DNA from: an uncultured Alphaproteobacteria bacterium
GTDB lineage: Bacteria > Pseudomonadota > Alphaproteobacteria > Rhizobiales > Beijerinckiaceae
Assembly: GCA_963824475.1 (NCBI GenBank)
Contig: CAWGPR010000003.1
Coordinates: forward strand, 10,737-74,736
Length of the DNA stretch: 64,000 nt
Direction of reading: 5' to 3'
In this document: positions 50,219-61,255 of the stretch, piece by piece
Position numbering within the stretch: the stretch's first letter is position 1
Layout of the letters: each line of letters begins with the position of its first letter
The notes under the pieces: generated by a model
Seen by the model: only the letters and a program-made list of their open reading frames with translations
What the model was told of the DNA's origin: nothing
Databases searched by the model: none
Position numbers and translations under genes: made by a program

Positions 50219-50510
50219 CTTGACAAAAGCAGAAATGTGCGCTATACGATTCTTATGGGCAGAATCCGATCCGCGCTTGGCCGGCGGCTGGGCGAGGAGA
50301 AGAGAAGCCCACGGCTGTTTGACACGTCCGTCCACAACCTATCGAGCGAGTCGGGGCGCTTGGCGGTTTTCCTTATTTGAATCGGCTGTAACTCATTGAA
50401 AAGTCTCGATTCGGAAAAATAAACGCTAGCAAATTTACTAGCGTTTAGGCGCGTTTATGTGGGTTTTATTGGCGTTTGCTTGCATGGAGCTCGCGCGCTG
50501 GTTGAATCCG
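50219..50510. repeat. Copy B of the about 300 bp diverged inverted repeat (transcribed sense is the plus strand)
   Basis: See copy A. Contains the hairpin AAACGCTAG-CAAATTTA-CTAGCGTTT (50420-50445). Confidence 0.8.
50220..50248 (+). promoter_or_regulatory. Sigma70-type promoter TTGACA-17 nt-TATACG inside repeat copy B
   Basis: TTGACA at 50220-50225, spacer AAAGCAGAAATGTGCGC, TATACG at 50243-50248. A GAATC site lies about 15 nt downstream, and it is conserved in copy A. Confidence 0.55.
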
Positions 50511-50653
50511 GGCCTCGCGCGGCCCGTTCCGGGGCCTGGCCGGCAAATCGCGTCCCTTTCCACCGACATTTGTGTTGGCCCATCTTGGCTCACCAGCCGC
50601 GGCTGCGATAACCTGCCAATGAACGAACTGGCTTTCGTCTTAAAGGAGCGGCA

Positions 50654-51307
50654 TTGAAGACGACGAAGAAGAAGGTCGCCCCGCCGCCGCTTCCCCCGAC
50701 CACGCCCCATTTCGATTTCGAGCGCGAGGCGTTCGCGAGCGGCCATCGATGGGTCGCCGGCGTGGACGAGGTCGGGCGAGGCCCGCTTGCCGGGCCGGTC
50801 GGAGTGGCCGCGGTCATTCTCGATCCCGACGATCTGCCCGAGGGGCTCGACGATTCGAAGGTGCTGCCCGCGCCCACGCGCGAATCCTTATGCGAAATCA
50901 TCTTCGCCAAGGCGCTCAGCGTCTCTGTCGTTTTCGCCAGCGTCGAGGAAATCGACCTCTTCAACATCCGCGGCGCCGCGCTTCGCGCAATGGCGCGGGC
51001 GGTGGCGGGCTTAAGCCTGCGTCCTGACTTTGCGCTGATTGACGGCCGCGACTTGCCGGATGGCCTCATCTGCCCGGCGCGCCCGATCATCGACGGCGAC
51101 GCCCTCTCGATGTCGATCGCCGCCGCTTCCATTGTCGCCAAGACAATGCGCGACGCGCTGATGCGCAACCTCGGCCGCGACTATCCGCAGTACGGTTTCG
51201 AGGAGCACGTCGGCTATGCGACCGTCGGACACCGGAGGGCGCTGGCGTCCGCAGGCCCGTGTCCGTACCACCGGCGCTCGTTCCGGCTCGAGCCGGAAAA
51301 AGAATGA
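50654..51307 (+). CDS. rnhB: Ribonuclease HII
   Basis: VAGVDEVGRGPLAGPV...DDSK...IAAASIVAK. TTG start behind AGGAG. Confidence 0.9.
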   Translation: MKTTKKKVAPPPLPPTTPHFDFEREAFASGHRWVAGVDEVGRGPLAGPVGVAAVILDPDDLPEGLDDSKVLPAPTRESLCEIIFAKALSVSVVFASVEEIDLFNIRGAALRAMARAVAGLSLRPDFALIDGRDLPDGLICPARPIIDGDALSMSIAAASIVAKTMRDALMRNLGRDYPQYGFEEHVGYATVGHRRALASAGPCPYHRRSFRLEPEKE

Positions 51308-51406
51308 CCAGCTGTCCAAAAAGGTTTCAAAAGGGTTGAGATCAATTTTCCTCTAGAATGACTTAGGCCGTACGAAAACGGCACAGCGGCATGGCGGGGA
51401 GCATAA

Positions 51407-52687
<1,281 letters not shown>

Positions 52688-52701
52688 GGCGCTGGATCAT
52701 C

Positions 52702-53673
52702 TCATCGCGTCCTCTTCGGCGCACGTTTCGCCGCGCCGAAATCGCTGGCGCGCAACAGGAACACCTCGCCGGACGTGTCCTCGGTGTCGAGCCACACGAA
52801 CGGCAGATGCGGGAACTCGTGCTCGAGCCGGCCGCGGGCGCCGCCGACCTCGCAGAGAAGTGTCCCGCCCGCCGTCAAATACTGAGGCGCCTCGCTCAGG
52901 ATCCGGCGCACGATGTCGAGGCCATCCGCCCCGCCCGCATGGGCGATCGTCGGCTCGGCCGCGTATTCGGGCGGAAAGCGCGCAATCGTCTCGGCGTCGA
53001 CATAGGGAGGGTTCGCCAGGATCAAATCGAAGCGTTTGTCCTTGACCGGGGCGAATAGATCGCCGCGCTTCAGCCCGATGCGGTCTTCAAGACCGTGATC
53101 CTTGAGGTTACGCTCGGCGACTTCGAGCGCGTCGGGCGAGACGTCGACCGCCTCGATGCGAGCATTGGGAAAGACCCGTGCAGTGAGAATGGCGAGGGAG
53201 CCGCCGCCGGCGCAGAGATCGAGGACAGATGCGATGCGCTCAGGGTCCCCAGTCAGCGCATTGTCCTCGGCGAAAGCGGTCATGAGAAGCTCGCCGATCA
53301 GGCTGCGCGGTACGATGACGCGCTCGTCGACATAGAACGGCACGCCCTTGATATAGGCGCGGTGGACAAGATAGGCGGCGGGCTTGCGGGTCGTCGCACG
53401 CGCCTCGATCAGCTCAAGGAGCCGCGCCCGCTCGTGGCGCAAGAGCCTGGCGTCGAGAAACGGATCGAGCGTGTCGATCGGCAGGCCCAGACCCTCGAGG
53501 ATGAGAAAGGCCGCCTCGTCGAGCGCAGTCGTCGCGCCGTGGCCGAAGGCGAGGCCGGCGGAGAGAAACCGGCCGACCGCGTAGCGCAGCCAGTCCCGCG
53601 GGGTGAGGAACGTTTCGAGCCGCTCGTCGGGCGCCCCTCAGACAAGAGCGGCCTCCTCAAGCCCGGCGTTCAT
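52702..53673 (-). pseudogene. prmB: Ribosomal protein L3 glutamine methyltransferase PrmB with an in-frame TGA at codon 12 (53638-53640)
   Basis: MNAGLEEAALV-TGA-GAPDERLETFLTPRDWLRYAVGRFLSAGLAFGHGATTALDEAAFLIL...PAAYL...FYVDERVIVPRS...LDLCAGGGSLAI...ILANPPYV, all in one frame. There is no ATG, GTG or TTG between the TGA and codon 78. Confidence 0.75.
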
Positions 53674-53954
53674 GCGCTGCTCTTGCACTCATGCAGGAAG
53701 CGCTTGCGCTGTTTGCCGAGCAACCCTCGAGCGTCAGCCTTCTGGGCGCATTCGATCGACTTGGCGGACCGCTCGGCCGGGTCCTTCTCGGAAGCAGGGA
53801 GAGGAGTGGAGGCTGGCCTTACCGGCGCGGCCGGGCCGCCGCCGTCCATAGTCACCGCAGCGGTCTGCGCTGCGACTCCTAAGGTCAAGAGCGCCTCCGA
53901 AGCAATAAGAGCGAACGCGCAAGCCCAAACCAGGGTCACAACTCGTATATTCAA
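53670..53954 (-). CDS. Small secreted PsiF-repeat-like protein
   Basis: Signal peptide MNIRVVTLVWACAFALIASEA. The C-terminal ECAQKADARGLLGKQRKRFLHEC resembles the PsiF C..A....L.G..R..F...C repeat. Confidence 0.55.
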   Translation of the reverse strand: MNIRVVTLVWACAFALIASEALLTLGVAAQTAAVTMDGGGPAAPVRPASTPLPASEKDPAERSAKSIECAQKADARGLLGKQRKRFLHECKSSA

Positions 53955-54332
53955 AAATCTTCCTGTCGCGCTTCGATGGTTAAGCTGATTCCTTGGCCGC
54001 TTATAAGGGCCACGTGCGGAATTTCAAGCCAAGCGAAGCGCGCCGCACTTGTACAACAGCTCAGAACTGCGTGAGGATCGCGACCATCACAACGAGCCCC
54101 AACGGTGGTCGACGGATTTTCCCGTTTCTTGCGTCGCCTTTGTCCTCGCCTAAACGCCGCTCGCGCCCGCGGGCGGACAGAGCTCGCGGCGACCCCCAAA
54201 GTCTGCCGCCTGGGCCGCGCAGTCTCAATTCTCGGCGACTGCGTACGTTGCGGCGCAAAAAAAGGTTTCCGGGCCGAGCAAAAAACGCCTATCTTGTGTT
54301 GACCCCGGGCGTCACTCTGGGACCGGCAACAT

Positions 54333-54926
54333 ATGGCTAATTCCACTCCGACTACGATCAAGAAGTACGCCAACCGTCGTCTGTATAATACGGCGTCGAG
54401 CGCGTATGTCACCCTCGCCGATTTGGCGAAGATGGTGAAGGCGGGCGAAGATTTCGTCGTCTACGACGCCAAAACCAATGAGGACATCACCCGCTCGGTT
54501 CTCACTCAGATCATCTTCGAGCAAGAGGGAATTGAGGGGCAGTCGCTGCTGCCGACGGCGTTCCTGCGCCAACTGATTCGTTTCTATGGCGACAGCATGC
54601 AGGCGCTGCTGCCGAGCTATCTCGAATTCTCCATCGACCGATTTTCAGGCGAGCAACAGGCGATGCGCGAAGCCGCAAGCCGCATGTTTGGTCCAGAGGC
54701 GTTCTCCACGGGTTCCTTCGCCGCTTTGCAGGAACTGACGAAAAAGAATTTCGCCGCGTTCAATCAGACGCTCGCGATGTTCTCGCCGTTCGCGGGGACG
54801 GCCACGGCGACGGAATCGCCGCCCAAGAAGGCGAATTCCGAGGACGATATCGACGAACTGCGCAATCAGCTTTCCGACATGCAAAAGCGCCTCGAATCTT
54901 TGGCCAAGAAGACTGAAGCGCCTTAA
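54333..54926 (+). CDS. phaR: Polyhydroxyalkanoate synthesis repressor PhaR
   Basis: IKKYANRRLYNTASSAYVTLADLAKMVKAGEDFVVYDAKTNEDITRSVLTQIIFEQE. Confidence 0.92.
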   Translation: MANSTPTTIKKYANRRLYNTASSAYVTLADLAKMVKAGEDFVVYDAKTNEDITRSVLTQIIFEQEGIEGQSLLPTAFLRQLIRFYGDSMQALLPSYLEFSIDRFSGEQQAMREAASRMFGPEAFSTGSFAALQELTKKNFAAFNQTLAMFSPFAGTATATESPPKKANSEDDIDELRNQLSDMQKRLESLAKKTEAP

Positions 54927-55693
54927 AATCGATCCTTGCGCGCGCGGAGCTCCCCAAACACCGCCGCGGGCTCAGCCCCGGTCATGCCGACTGCAGCCTG
55001 AACCGCTGGCTCCTCCACGCGCAGAAACGGATTGGCCGCAAGCTCGGCTGCGACGGTCGTTGGCAGCGTCGGACGGCCTGCGGCGCGCAGCCTTGCAATC
55101 TCCTCGATTCGCGCCTTCAAGACCGGATTGTCAGGCTCGATGGTGATGGCAAATCTGCCGTTCGCCTGGGTGTATTCATGGCCGCAATAAAGTCGGGTCT
55201 CGTCGGGAAGGGCGGCAAGCTTGACCAGCGAGCTCCACATCACCGCGTGAGGCGTTTCGAACACTCGGCCGCAACCAAGAGAGAAAAGCGTGTCGCCGCA
55301 GAAGGCGGTTTCGTTGTCCTCGAAATGATAGGCGATATGACCGAGCGTATGTCCCGGAGTCTCGATGACTTTCGCCGCCAGCGATCCGACGCGGGCATAG
55401 TCCCCCTCCCCCACCTGGCGATCGAGGAACGGAATTCGCGCCGCGTCCTTGGCCGGACCCCATAACCTCAGGTTTGGGAATTTCGTCTTCAGCTCTGGAA
55501 CGCCCTGGATATGATCGGCGTGATGATGGGTGATCAGGACGTCCGATAAATTCCAGCCTCGCTCCGCCAGAGCGGCAAAGGTCGGCCCCGCTTCTGGGGC
55601 GTCTACGCACGCGGTCGCGCCCGTCGTCGAATCGTGCACCAGCGCGCCGTAATTGTCCGTAAGACAAAGATACTGATGAACGCTCAGCGTCAT
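54923..55693 (-). CDS. gloB: Hydroxyacylglutathione hydrolase (glyoxalase II)
   Basis: DNYGALVHD, ITHHHADHIQG metallo-beta-lactamase motif, TPGHTLGHI, GHEYT. Confidence 0.92.
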   Translation of the reverse strand: MTLSVHQYLCLTDNYGALVHDSTTGATACVDAPEAGPTFAALAERGWNLSDVLITHHHADHIQGVPELKTKFPNLRLWGPAKDAARIPFLDRQVGEGDYARVGSLAAKVIETPGHTLGHIAYHFEDNETAFCGDTLFSLGCGRVFETPHAVMWSSLVKLAALPDETRLYCGHEYTQANGRFAITIEPDNPVLKARIEEIARLRAAGRPTLPTTVAAELAANPFLRVEEPAVQAAVGMTGAEPAAVFGELRARKDRF

Positions 55694-55907
55694 AACAGGA
55701 GGCTCGGTGATTTCGGTTCTCGGTTCTTCCAGGCGGGCGCTTGGGCGCGGCTCATGCCCGAAGCCGCCAGACCGCTGCCCCTAATATAGCCGGGCATGAG
55801 GCCGCTGTCTTTCCTCTACCACTCTATTCTGGGCGGATCTTCACTCCCTATGCATTGCGAAAGATGGAGAGGTCGTCCAAAGTCGCGGTCCCGTTCGGCC
55901 ACTATCG

Positions 55908-56654
55908 ATGCCTCTCGACGTCCTCAGCTTGCAGAGCTTTTACGGTTCGCCCCTCGGCAGCGTCGCTCGCAGGCTCATCGGGCGCGTGATACGGGGGCGC
56001 TGGGACAGCAGCCTTGGCCTTTCCGTCGCCGCGGTGGGCTATGGAACGCCCTACCTCGAACGATTGCGCGACGGCGCTCGCCGATGCCTGGCTTTGATGC
56101 CTGCGGAACAGGGCGTGACGATCTGGCCCGGAGCCGAACGTTGCGCCGCGGCGCTGGTCGACGCGCAGATGTTGCCGCTGCCCGACGGCTCGATCGACCG
56201 ACTGTTGGTGGCCCACGCGTTGGAAGCCGCCGATCGGCCGAACCCGCTGCTTGAAGAACTGTGGCGCGTTACGGCGCCGGAGGGACGAATGATCGTGATC
56301 GTTCCTTCTCGCAGGGGCGTTTGGGCGCGGGCGGACAGCACGCCATATGGGCAGGGCCTCCCCTATTCGAAATCGCAACTTCGCGACTTGCTTCATCGGG
56401 CGGATTTCTCCCCGATCTTCTGGGGTGAAGCGCTTTATGCGCCGCCTGTCGACAGGCCCTTCCTGATGCGGTCCGCGCCGACGATTGAGCGGCTCGGCGG
56501 AACGCTTGGGCTGCCGTTCGCGGGCGTCCACATCGTCGAGGCGATCAAACAGGTGCATCGCCCGGTCGGCGTCCGCGCGGTCGCCCGGGCGCGACTGGCT
56601 CCCCTCAAACCGGCTCTCGCGCCAAGCGCTCGGCGACAATGCCACTCGGAATGA
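55908..56654 (+). CDS. Class I SAM-dependent methyltransferase (type 11-like)
   Basis: LPLPDGSIDRLLVAHALE...LEELWRVTAPEGRMIVIVP. Sits divergent from gloB. Confidence 0.7.
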   Translation: MPLDVLSLQSFYGSPLGSVARRLIGRVIRGRWDSSLGLSVAAVGYGTPYLERLRDGARRCLALMPAEQGVTIWPGAERCAAALVDAQMLPLPDGSIDRLLVAHALEAADRPNPLLEELWRVTAPEGRMIVIVPSRRGVWARADSTPYGQGLPYSKSQLRDLLHRADFSPIFWGEALYAPPVDRPFLMRSAPTIERLGGTLGLPFAGVHIVEAIKQVHRPVGVRAVARARLAPLKPALAPSARRQCHSE

Positions 56655-56740
56655 TCCGCCTCTCGGTTTTCGGGTTGGCGCCGCCGACGGGCCGTGCTTG
56701 TAAAGCCGTTCATTGACCCTCCAAACAAGGCGAATCCTCC

Positions 56741-57364
56741 ATGCCCGATCGTCTCTTGGTCCTTTTGCGCCATGGTCAGAGCGAATGGAACCTTAAGAAC
56801 CTGTTCACGGGATGGCGGGACGTGGATTTGACTCCCGCCGGAGTTGAGGAAGCCAAAGAGGCCGGACGCCGAATGAAGGCGCATGGGCTCACCTTCGACC
56901 TCGCCTTCACCTCGGCGCTCGTCCGCGCCCAACGCACACTCGCATTGGCGCTGGCCGAGATGGGGCTCACCGGCCTGCCCGAAAAGCGGGATCAAGCTCT
57001 CAACGAGCGCGATTACGGCGATCTCGTCGGCCTCAACAAGGACGATGCGCGGAAGAAATGGGGCGAGGAGCAGGTCCACAAATGGCGCCGCAGCTACGAT
57101 GTCCAGCCGCCGGGCGGAGAAAGCCTAAAGGACACCGTGGCGCGCGCGCTGCCCTATTATTGTCAGAACATTCTGCCCGCCGTTCTCGGCGGCAAGCGCG
57201 TGCTGGTCGCGGCGCATGGGAATAGTCTCCGCGCGCTGGTCCTGGTGCTGGACCGCCTCACGCCGGAGACCATCCCCACCCTCGAGCTCGCGACCGGCGT
57301 CCCGCTCGTCTATCGGCTCAACCCCAACTCGACCGTCGCGACCAAGGAGATCCTGACGGCGTGA
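56741..57364 (+). CDS. gpmA: 2,3-bisphosphoglycerate-dependent phosphoglycerate mutase
   Basis: [44 protein letters not shown]. Confidence 0.92.
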   Translation: MPDRLLVLLRHGQSEWNLKNLFTGWRDVDLTPAGVEEAKEAGRRMKAHGLTFDLAFTSALVRAQRTLALALAEMGLTGLPEKRDQALNERDYGDLVGLNKDDARKKWGEEQVHKWRRSYDVQPPGGESLKDTVARALPYYCQNILPAVLGGKRVLVAAHGNSLRALVLVLDRLTPETIPTLELATGVPLVYRLNPNSTVATKEILTA

Positions 57365-57459
57365 CGGCGTGACGGCAACCCACCGTTAGCCTTAACGATT
57401 TGTGAAGATGCTCGGCTACAGCTTGACCTCACGTGATTCGTCGTTCGCGGAGGTCAGCA

Positions 57460-57954
57460 ATGTTGGCGAAGACTTCGATCTTTGGGATTGCAGCAATCGC
57501 GGCGTGCGCGTTTACGGCCGGCGCTGCGGCGGGCCAATACGAGTTTCTCGCCGCGCCGCAGATCAATCTATCGCTCGTCTATCGCCTTGATAAATTGACG
57601 GGCGACGTCATCGCGTGCCAGTTCGCACACAATCCGGGGCGAACCGATGTCGGTCCGGGAGCGTTCGGCGTCACCACCTGCTATCGCAGCGGCGACGGCG
57701 CGACCAAGCAGGAGCCCAGCGAGTATGGACTCATCGCTACGCGTCATGAGCAGGAAGGCGGCGTGTTTCGTGTCGACTATCGAACCGGCGCGCTCAGCAT
57801 TTGTTATCTATATTTCCAGCGCGAGAAGCAGGGCGATCACGAAGCGATTGCGGACCAGTATGTCGTGTGCACGCCGCAGTGGAAGCAGCCGATCCCCGCA
57901 CATTCGGGTGGCGAGGTCAGCGAATTGCCCGCGGCGGGTCCCGCGCACAACTGA
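57460..57954 (+). CDS. Hypothetical secreted protein
   Basis: Signal peptide MLAKTSIFGIAAIAACAFTAGAAAG. Cys-containing mature part. No family recognised. Confidence 0.5.
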   Translation: MLAKTSIFGIAAIAACAFTAGAAAGQYEFLAAPQINLSLVYRLDKLTGDVIACQFAHNPGRTDVGPGAFGVTTCYRSGDGATKQEPSEYGLIATRHEQEGGVFRVDYRTGALSICYLYFQREKQGDHEAIADQYVVCTPQWKQPIPAHSGGEVSELPAAGPAHN

Positions 57955-57999
57955 CGCGTCCCTACGGCCAGCCGCTCGGATTGGCTAGAGCGGCCGGCC

Positions 58000-59328
58000 T
58001 TGTTCGCAAACGACCAGGATACGATTTTCGCGCCGGCGTCCGGCGCGGGCAGAGCCGCGATCGCGGTCTTGCGCATGTCCGGCCCGAAGTGTTCGGCCGC
58101 GCTCCGAACAATTGCGCCTGGGCCTGAGTTTCCGGATCGCCGCGCCGTCCTGCGAACTCTGCGCCACCCTCACACCCACGAACCGCTTGATCGGGCCTTG
58201 ATCACCCGGTTTTGCGCGCCGCGTAGCTTCACCGGAGAGGAGATGGCGGAAGTCAGCGTCACTGGCGGGCGCGCCGTCACGTCGGCGGTCGTCAAGGCGC
58301 TGGCGCTCATTCCCGGACTGCGGTTGGCCGAGCCCGGGGAATTCGCCTGGCGCGCCTTCATGAATGGGAAGATCGATCTTTCCGAGGTGGAGGGGCTTGC
58401 CGATCTGGTCGAGGCGGAGACGGAGGCGCAGCGGCGGCAGGCTCAACGCATCGCCGGCGGGGCGCTCAGCCGTGAGTGCGAGGCGATTCGCTTGAGCCTT
58501 CTGGGCGCGATGGCGGCCGTCGAAACGCAGATCGATTTCTCTGACGTCGAGGACGCGTCGGATTTTACCCTCGAGTTGGTCAGACGCGCTGCGGGCCGCG
58601 CAATCGACCGCATCGACCGGGCGCTCGCCACTGCGGATGCGGCCGCGCGCCTGCGAGAGGGCTTTACCGTCGTTATCGCCGGGCCTCCGAATGTCGGCAA
58701 ATCGACCCTCATGAACGCGCTGGCCGGCCGCGATGTCGCGATCACGTCCCCCATTCCCGGAACCACGCGCGATTTGATCGAGGTGTTTCTCGATCTGCGC
58801 GGCTATCCAGTCATTCTGGTCGACACGGCGGGCGTGCGCGAGAGCTGCGATCCGATCGAACAGGAAGGCGTGGCGAGAGCGCGCCGACGCGCCGAGAGCG
58901 CGGACCTGACCCTTTGGCTAAGCGACGGCGGAGACAACCCAGCGCCGAGCATGGGATGTCCCATCTTGGCGGTACGAACCAAGATCGACCGCAAGGGCGG
59001 GCACCGCTTGGCGCCAAGCGCTGCGGACCTTGCGATATCAGCAAAAATGGGGGCCGGGGTCGACCGGTTGCTTGACGCCATTGCGGAATTGGCCGAAGAG
59101 CGCATGTCGTCGAACGAGCCAGCCTTGTTGACACTGGAAAGGCACCGGCGCGCTTTTCAGGACGCGCGCCAGTCGCTGGCCTCGGCGCTGGCGCCGAGCG
59201 CCGCGGAGCCAGAGTTGATTGCGGAGGATTTGCGACGCGCCGCCGCGGCGATGGATCGCATTGTTGGGCGAATCGGCGTCGAGGATGTGCTCGGGGAAAT
59301 CTTTGCCCGATTGTGCGTTGGGAAATAG
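58000..59328 (+). CDS. mnmE: tRNA uridine-5-carboxymethylaminomethyl modification GTPase MnmE
   Basis: DTIFAPASGAGRAAIAVLRMSG, G-domain GPPNVGKSTLMNAL...DTAG, C-terminal FARLCVGK (CxGK). Confidence 0.93.
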   Translation: MFANDQDTIFAPASGAGRAAIAVLRMSGPKCSAALRTIAPGPEFPDRRAVLRTLRHPHTHEPLDRALITRFCAPRSFTGEEMAEVSVTGGRAVTSAVVKALALIPGLRLAEPGEFAWRAFMNGKIDLSEVEGLADLVEAETEAQRRQAQRIAGGALSRECEAIRLSLLGAMAAVETQIDFSDVEDASDFTLELVRRAAGRAIDRIDRALATADAAARLREGFTVVIAGPPNVGKSTLMNALAGRDVAITSPIPGTTRDLIEVFLDLRGYPVILVDTAGVRESCDPIEQEGVARARRRAESADLTLWLSDGGDNPAPSMGCPILAVRTKIDRKGGHRLAPSAADLAISAKMGAGVDRLLDAIAELAEERMSSNEPALLTLERHRRAFQDARQSLASALAPSAAEPELIAEDLRRAAAAMDRIVGRIGVEDVLGEIFARLCVGK

Positions 59329-59344
59329 GAGCGGAATCGTTGCG

Positions 59345-59360
59345 TGTTTCACGTGAAACA
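59345..59360. promoter_or_regulatory. parS centromere site, perfect TGTTTCACGTGAAACA (mnmE-mnmG intergenic)
   Basis: Exact match to the conserved 16-bp parS palindrome TGTTNCACGTGAAACA. Confidence 0.9.
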
Positions 59361-59374
59361 GGCGAACGCTTGAG

Positions 59375-61255
59375 ATGAGATTTGACGTCGTTGTGATCGG
59401 CGGCGGTCATGCCGGGTGCGAAGCCGCGACAGCGGCGGCCCGCTGCGGCGCACGAACCGCGCTGGTCACCCATCGTTTCGGAACGATAGGCGAGATGTCG
59501 TGCAACCCGGCCGTCGGCGGCCTCGGCAAGGGCCACCTGGTGCGCGAGATTGACGCGCTGGACGGCGTGATGGCGCGCGCGGCCGATGCGGCCGGCATTC
59601 AATTCCGCGTCCTCAACCGCCGCAAAGGTCCGGCCGTCCAGGGGCCTCGGGCTCAGGCCGACCGGAAGCTTTATCGGCGCGCCATGCAGGATCTCACCGC
59701 CGAGACCTCGAACCTGACCGTCGTCGAAGGGGAAGCGGCTCAGATCGCGTCCGCAGCCGGCGCCGTCACGGGGGTCGAGTTGGGGGACGGCCGCACGGTC
59801 GCTTGCTGCGCCGTCGTGCTGACCACCGGCACGTTCCTTCGCGGCGTCATTCACCTCGGCGACCAGCGGACGCCGGCCGGGCGATTCGGCGATCCCCCCT
59901 CGGTTTCCCTCGCTCGAAGTCTCGACGCGGCCGGCTTCGCGCTCGGTCGGCTCAAGACCGGGACGCCGCCGCGACTTGATGGCTCGACGATCAACTGGGA
60001 GCGGCTCGAGGTCCAGCACGGCGATCCCGAGCCTGAATTCTTCTCCTCGATGACGACGGGAGTCACGGCGCCGCAACTCCCTTGCCACATCACGCGCACC
60101 ACCGCCGAGACCCATCGCATCATTCGCGCGGATTCGCATCGCTCCGCCGTCTATTCCGGCGCGATATCCGGGCGCGGTCCGCGCTACTGTCCATCGATCG
60201 AAGACAAGGTGATCCGCTTCGCCGATCGCGACAGCCACCAGATCTTTCTCGAGCCCGAAGGCGTCGACGATCCCACCATCTATCCGAACGGAATTTCGAC
60301 CTCGCTGCCGGCGGAGACGCAGAACGCTCTTGTGGCGACGATCCCGGGGCTCGAGCGCGCCCGCATCCTCCGTCCGGGCTATGCGATCGAGTACGATTAT
60401 ATCGACCCGCGCGGGCTCGATCCGACCCTGGAGGCGCGCCGGCTCGCGGGCCTGTTCCTGGCCGGACAGATCAACGGCACCACCGGCTATGAAGAAGCGG
60501 CGGCTCAAGGGTTGGTTGCGGGAATCAACGCTGCGCGCAAGGCCGGCGGCCAGGCGCTCACAACCTTCGACCGCGCCGAGTCCTACCTCGGCGTGATGAT
60601 CGACGATCTCACGACCCATGGAGTCACCGAACCTTATCGCATGTTCACGTCACGAGCCGAATTTCGGCTGTCGCTGCGCGCCGACAACGCCGACGAGCGC
60701 TTGACGGCGAAGGGAATCGCGCTCGGCTGTGTCGTCGCGGAGCGGGCGCGCGCCTTCGCCCAAGTCCGGGATCAGCTGGAGCAGGCCCGAGCCACGCTCC
60801 ACGCCGCGACCGCCTCGCCGCGGGATCTCGAGGCGCACGGTCTTCTGGTCAACCGCGGCGGGGCTCGCCGCTCGGCCTTCGAACTCGCGGCGCAAGCGCA
60901 GTTTCCGATCGCTATTCTTGCTCGCGTCTGGCCTGAACTTGCCGAGATCCCCGCTAACCTTGTGCGCCGGCTCGAGGCAGACGCTAAATACTCCGTTTAT
61001 CTCGATCGCCAAGCTGAAGACGTCGCCCGCTACCGCCGGGACGATTCGACGATCCTGCCAGCCGACCTCGACTACGCCCGCCTTTCGGGGCTCTCCAACG
61101 AAATCAGGCAAAAGTTCATCGCCGTTCGCCCCGCGAGCCTGGGTCAAGCCCGCCGCATCGAGGGCGTCACTCCGGCCGCTTTGGCGCTCATTGCCGCGCA
61201 TGCGAGGCGGGCGGAACGACCCTCTGGCCGCAATCGGGCCGCCGCGGGGACGTGA
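59375..61255 (+). CDS. mnmG: tRNA uridine 5-carboxymethylaminomethyl modification enzyme MnmG (GidA)
   Basis: [66 protein letters not shown]. Confidence 0.97.
   Translation: MRFDVVVIGGGHAGCEAATAAARCGARTALVTHRFGTIGEMSCNPAVGGLGKGHLVREIDALDGVMARAADAAGIQFRVLNRRKGPAVQGPRAQADRKLYRRAMQDLTAETSNLTVVEGEAAQIASAAGAVTGVELGDGRTVACCAVVLTTGTFLRGVIHLGDQRTPAGRFGDPPSVSLARSLDAAGFALGRLKTGTPPRLDGSTINWERLEVQHGDPEPEFFSSMTTGVTAPQLPCHITRTTAETHRIIRADSHRSAVYSGAISGRGPRYCPSIEDKVIRFADRDSHQIFLEPEGVDDPTIYPNGISTSLPAETQNALVATIPGLERARILRPGYAIEYDYIDPRGLDPTLEARRLAGLFLAGQINGTTGYEEAAAQGLVAGINAARKAGGQALTTFDRAESYLGVMIDDLTTHGVTEPYRMFTSRAEFRLSLRADNADERLTAKGIALGCVVAERARAFAQVRDQLEQARATLHAATASPRDLEAHGLLVNRGGARRSAFELAAQAQFPIAILARVWPELAEIPANLVRRLEADAKYSVYLDRQAEDVARYRRDDSTILPADLDYARLSGLSNEIRQKFIAVRPASLGQARRIEGVTPAALALIAAHARRAERPSGRNRAAAGT

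Noticed and set aside
50255-50383. Possible leaderless 42-codon ORF (MGRIRSALGRRLGEEKRSPRLFDTSVHNLSSESGRLAVFLI) starting at the predicted TSS of repeat copy B
   Set aside because: The ATG is ATA in copy A, and the reading frame is not conserved between the copies although the nucleotide blocks are. The peptide has no hydrophobic or otherwise toxin-like character.
53638-53640. The TGA in prmB as selenocysteine or programmed recoding
   Set aside because: No SECIS-like hairpin immediately downstream was recognised, PrmB is not a known selenoprotein, and the position is in a non-conserved N-terminal tail. Error or nonsense mutation is simpler.
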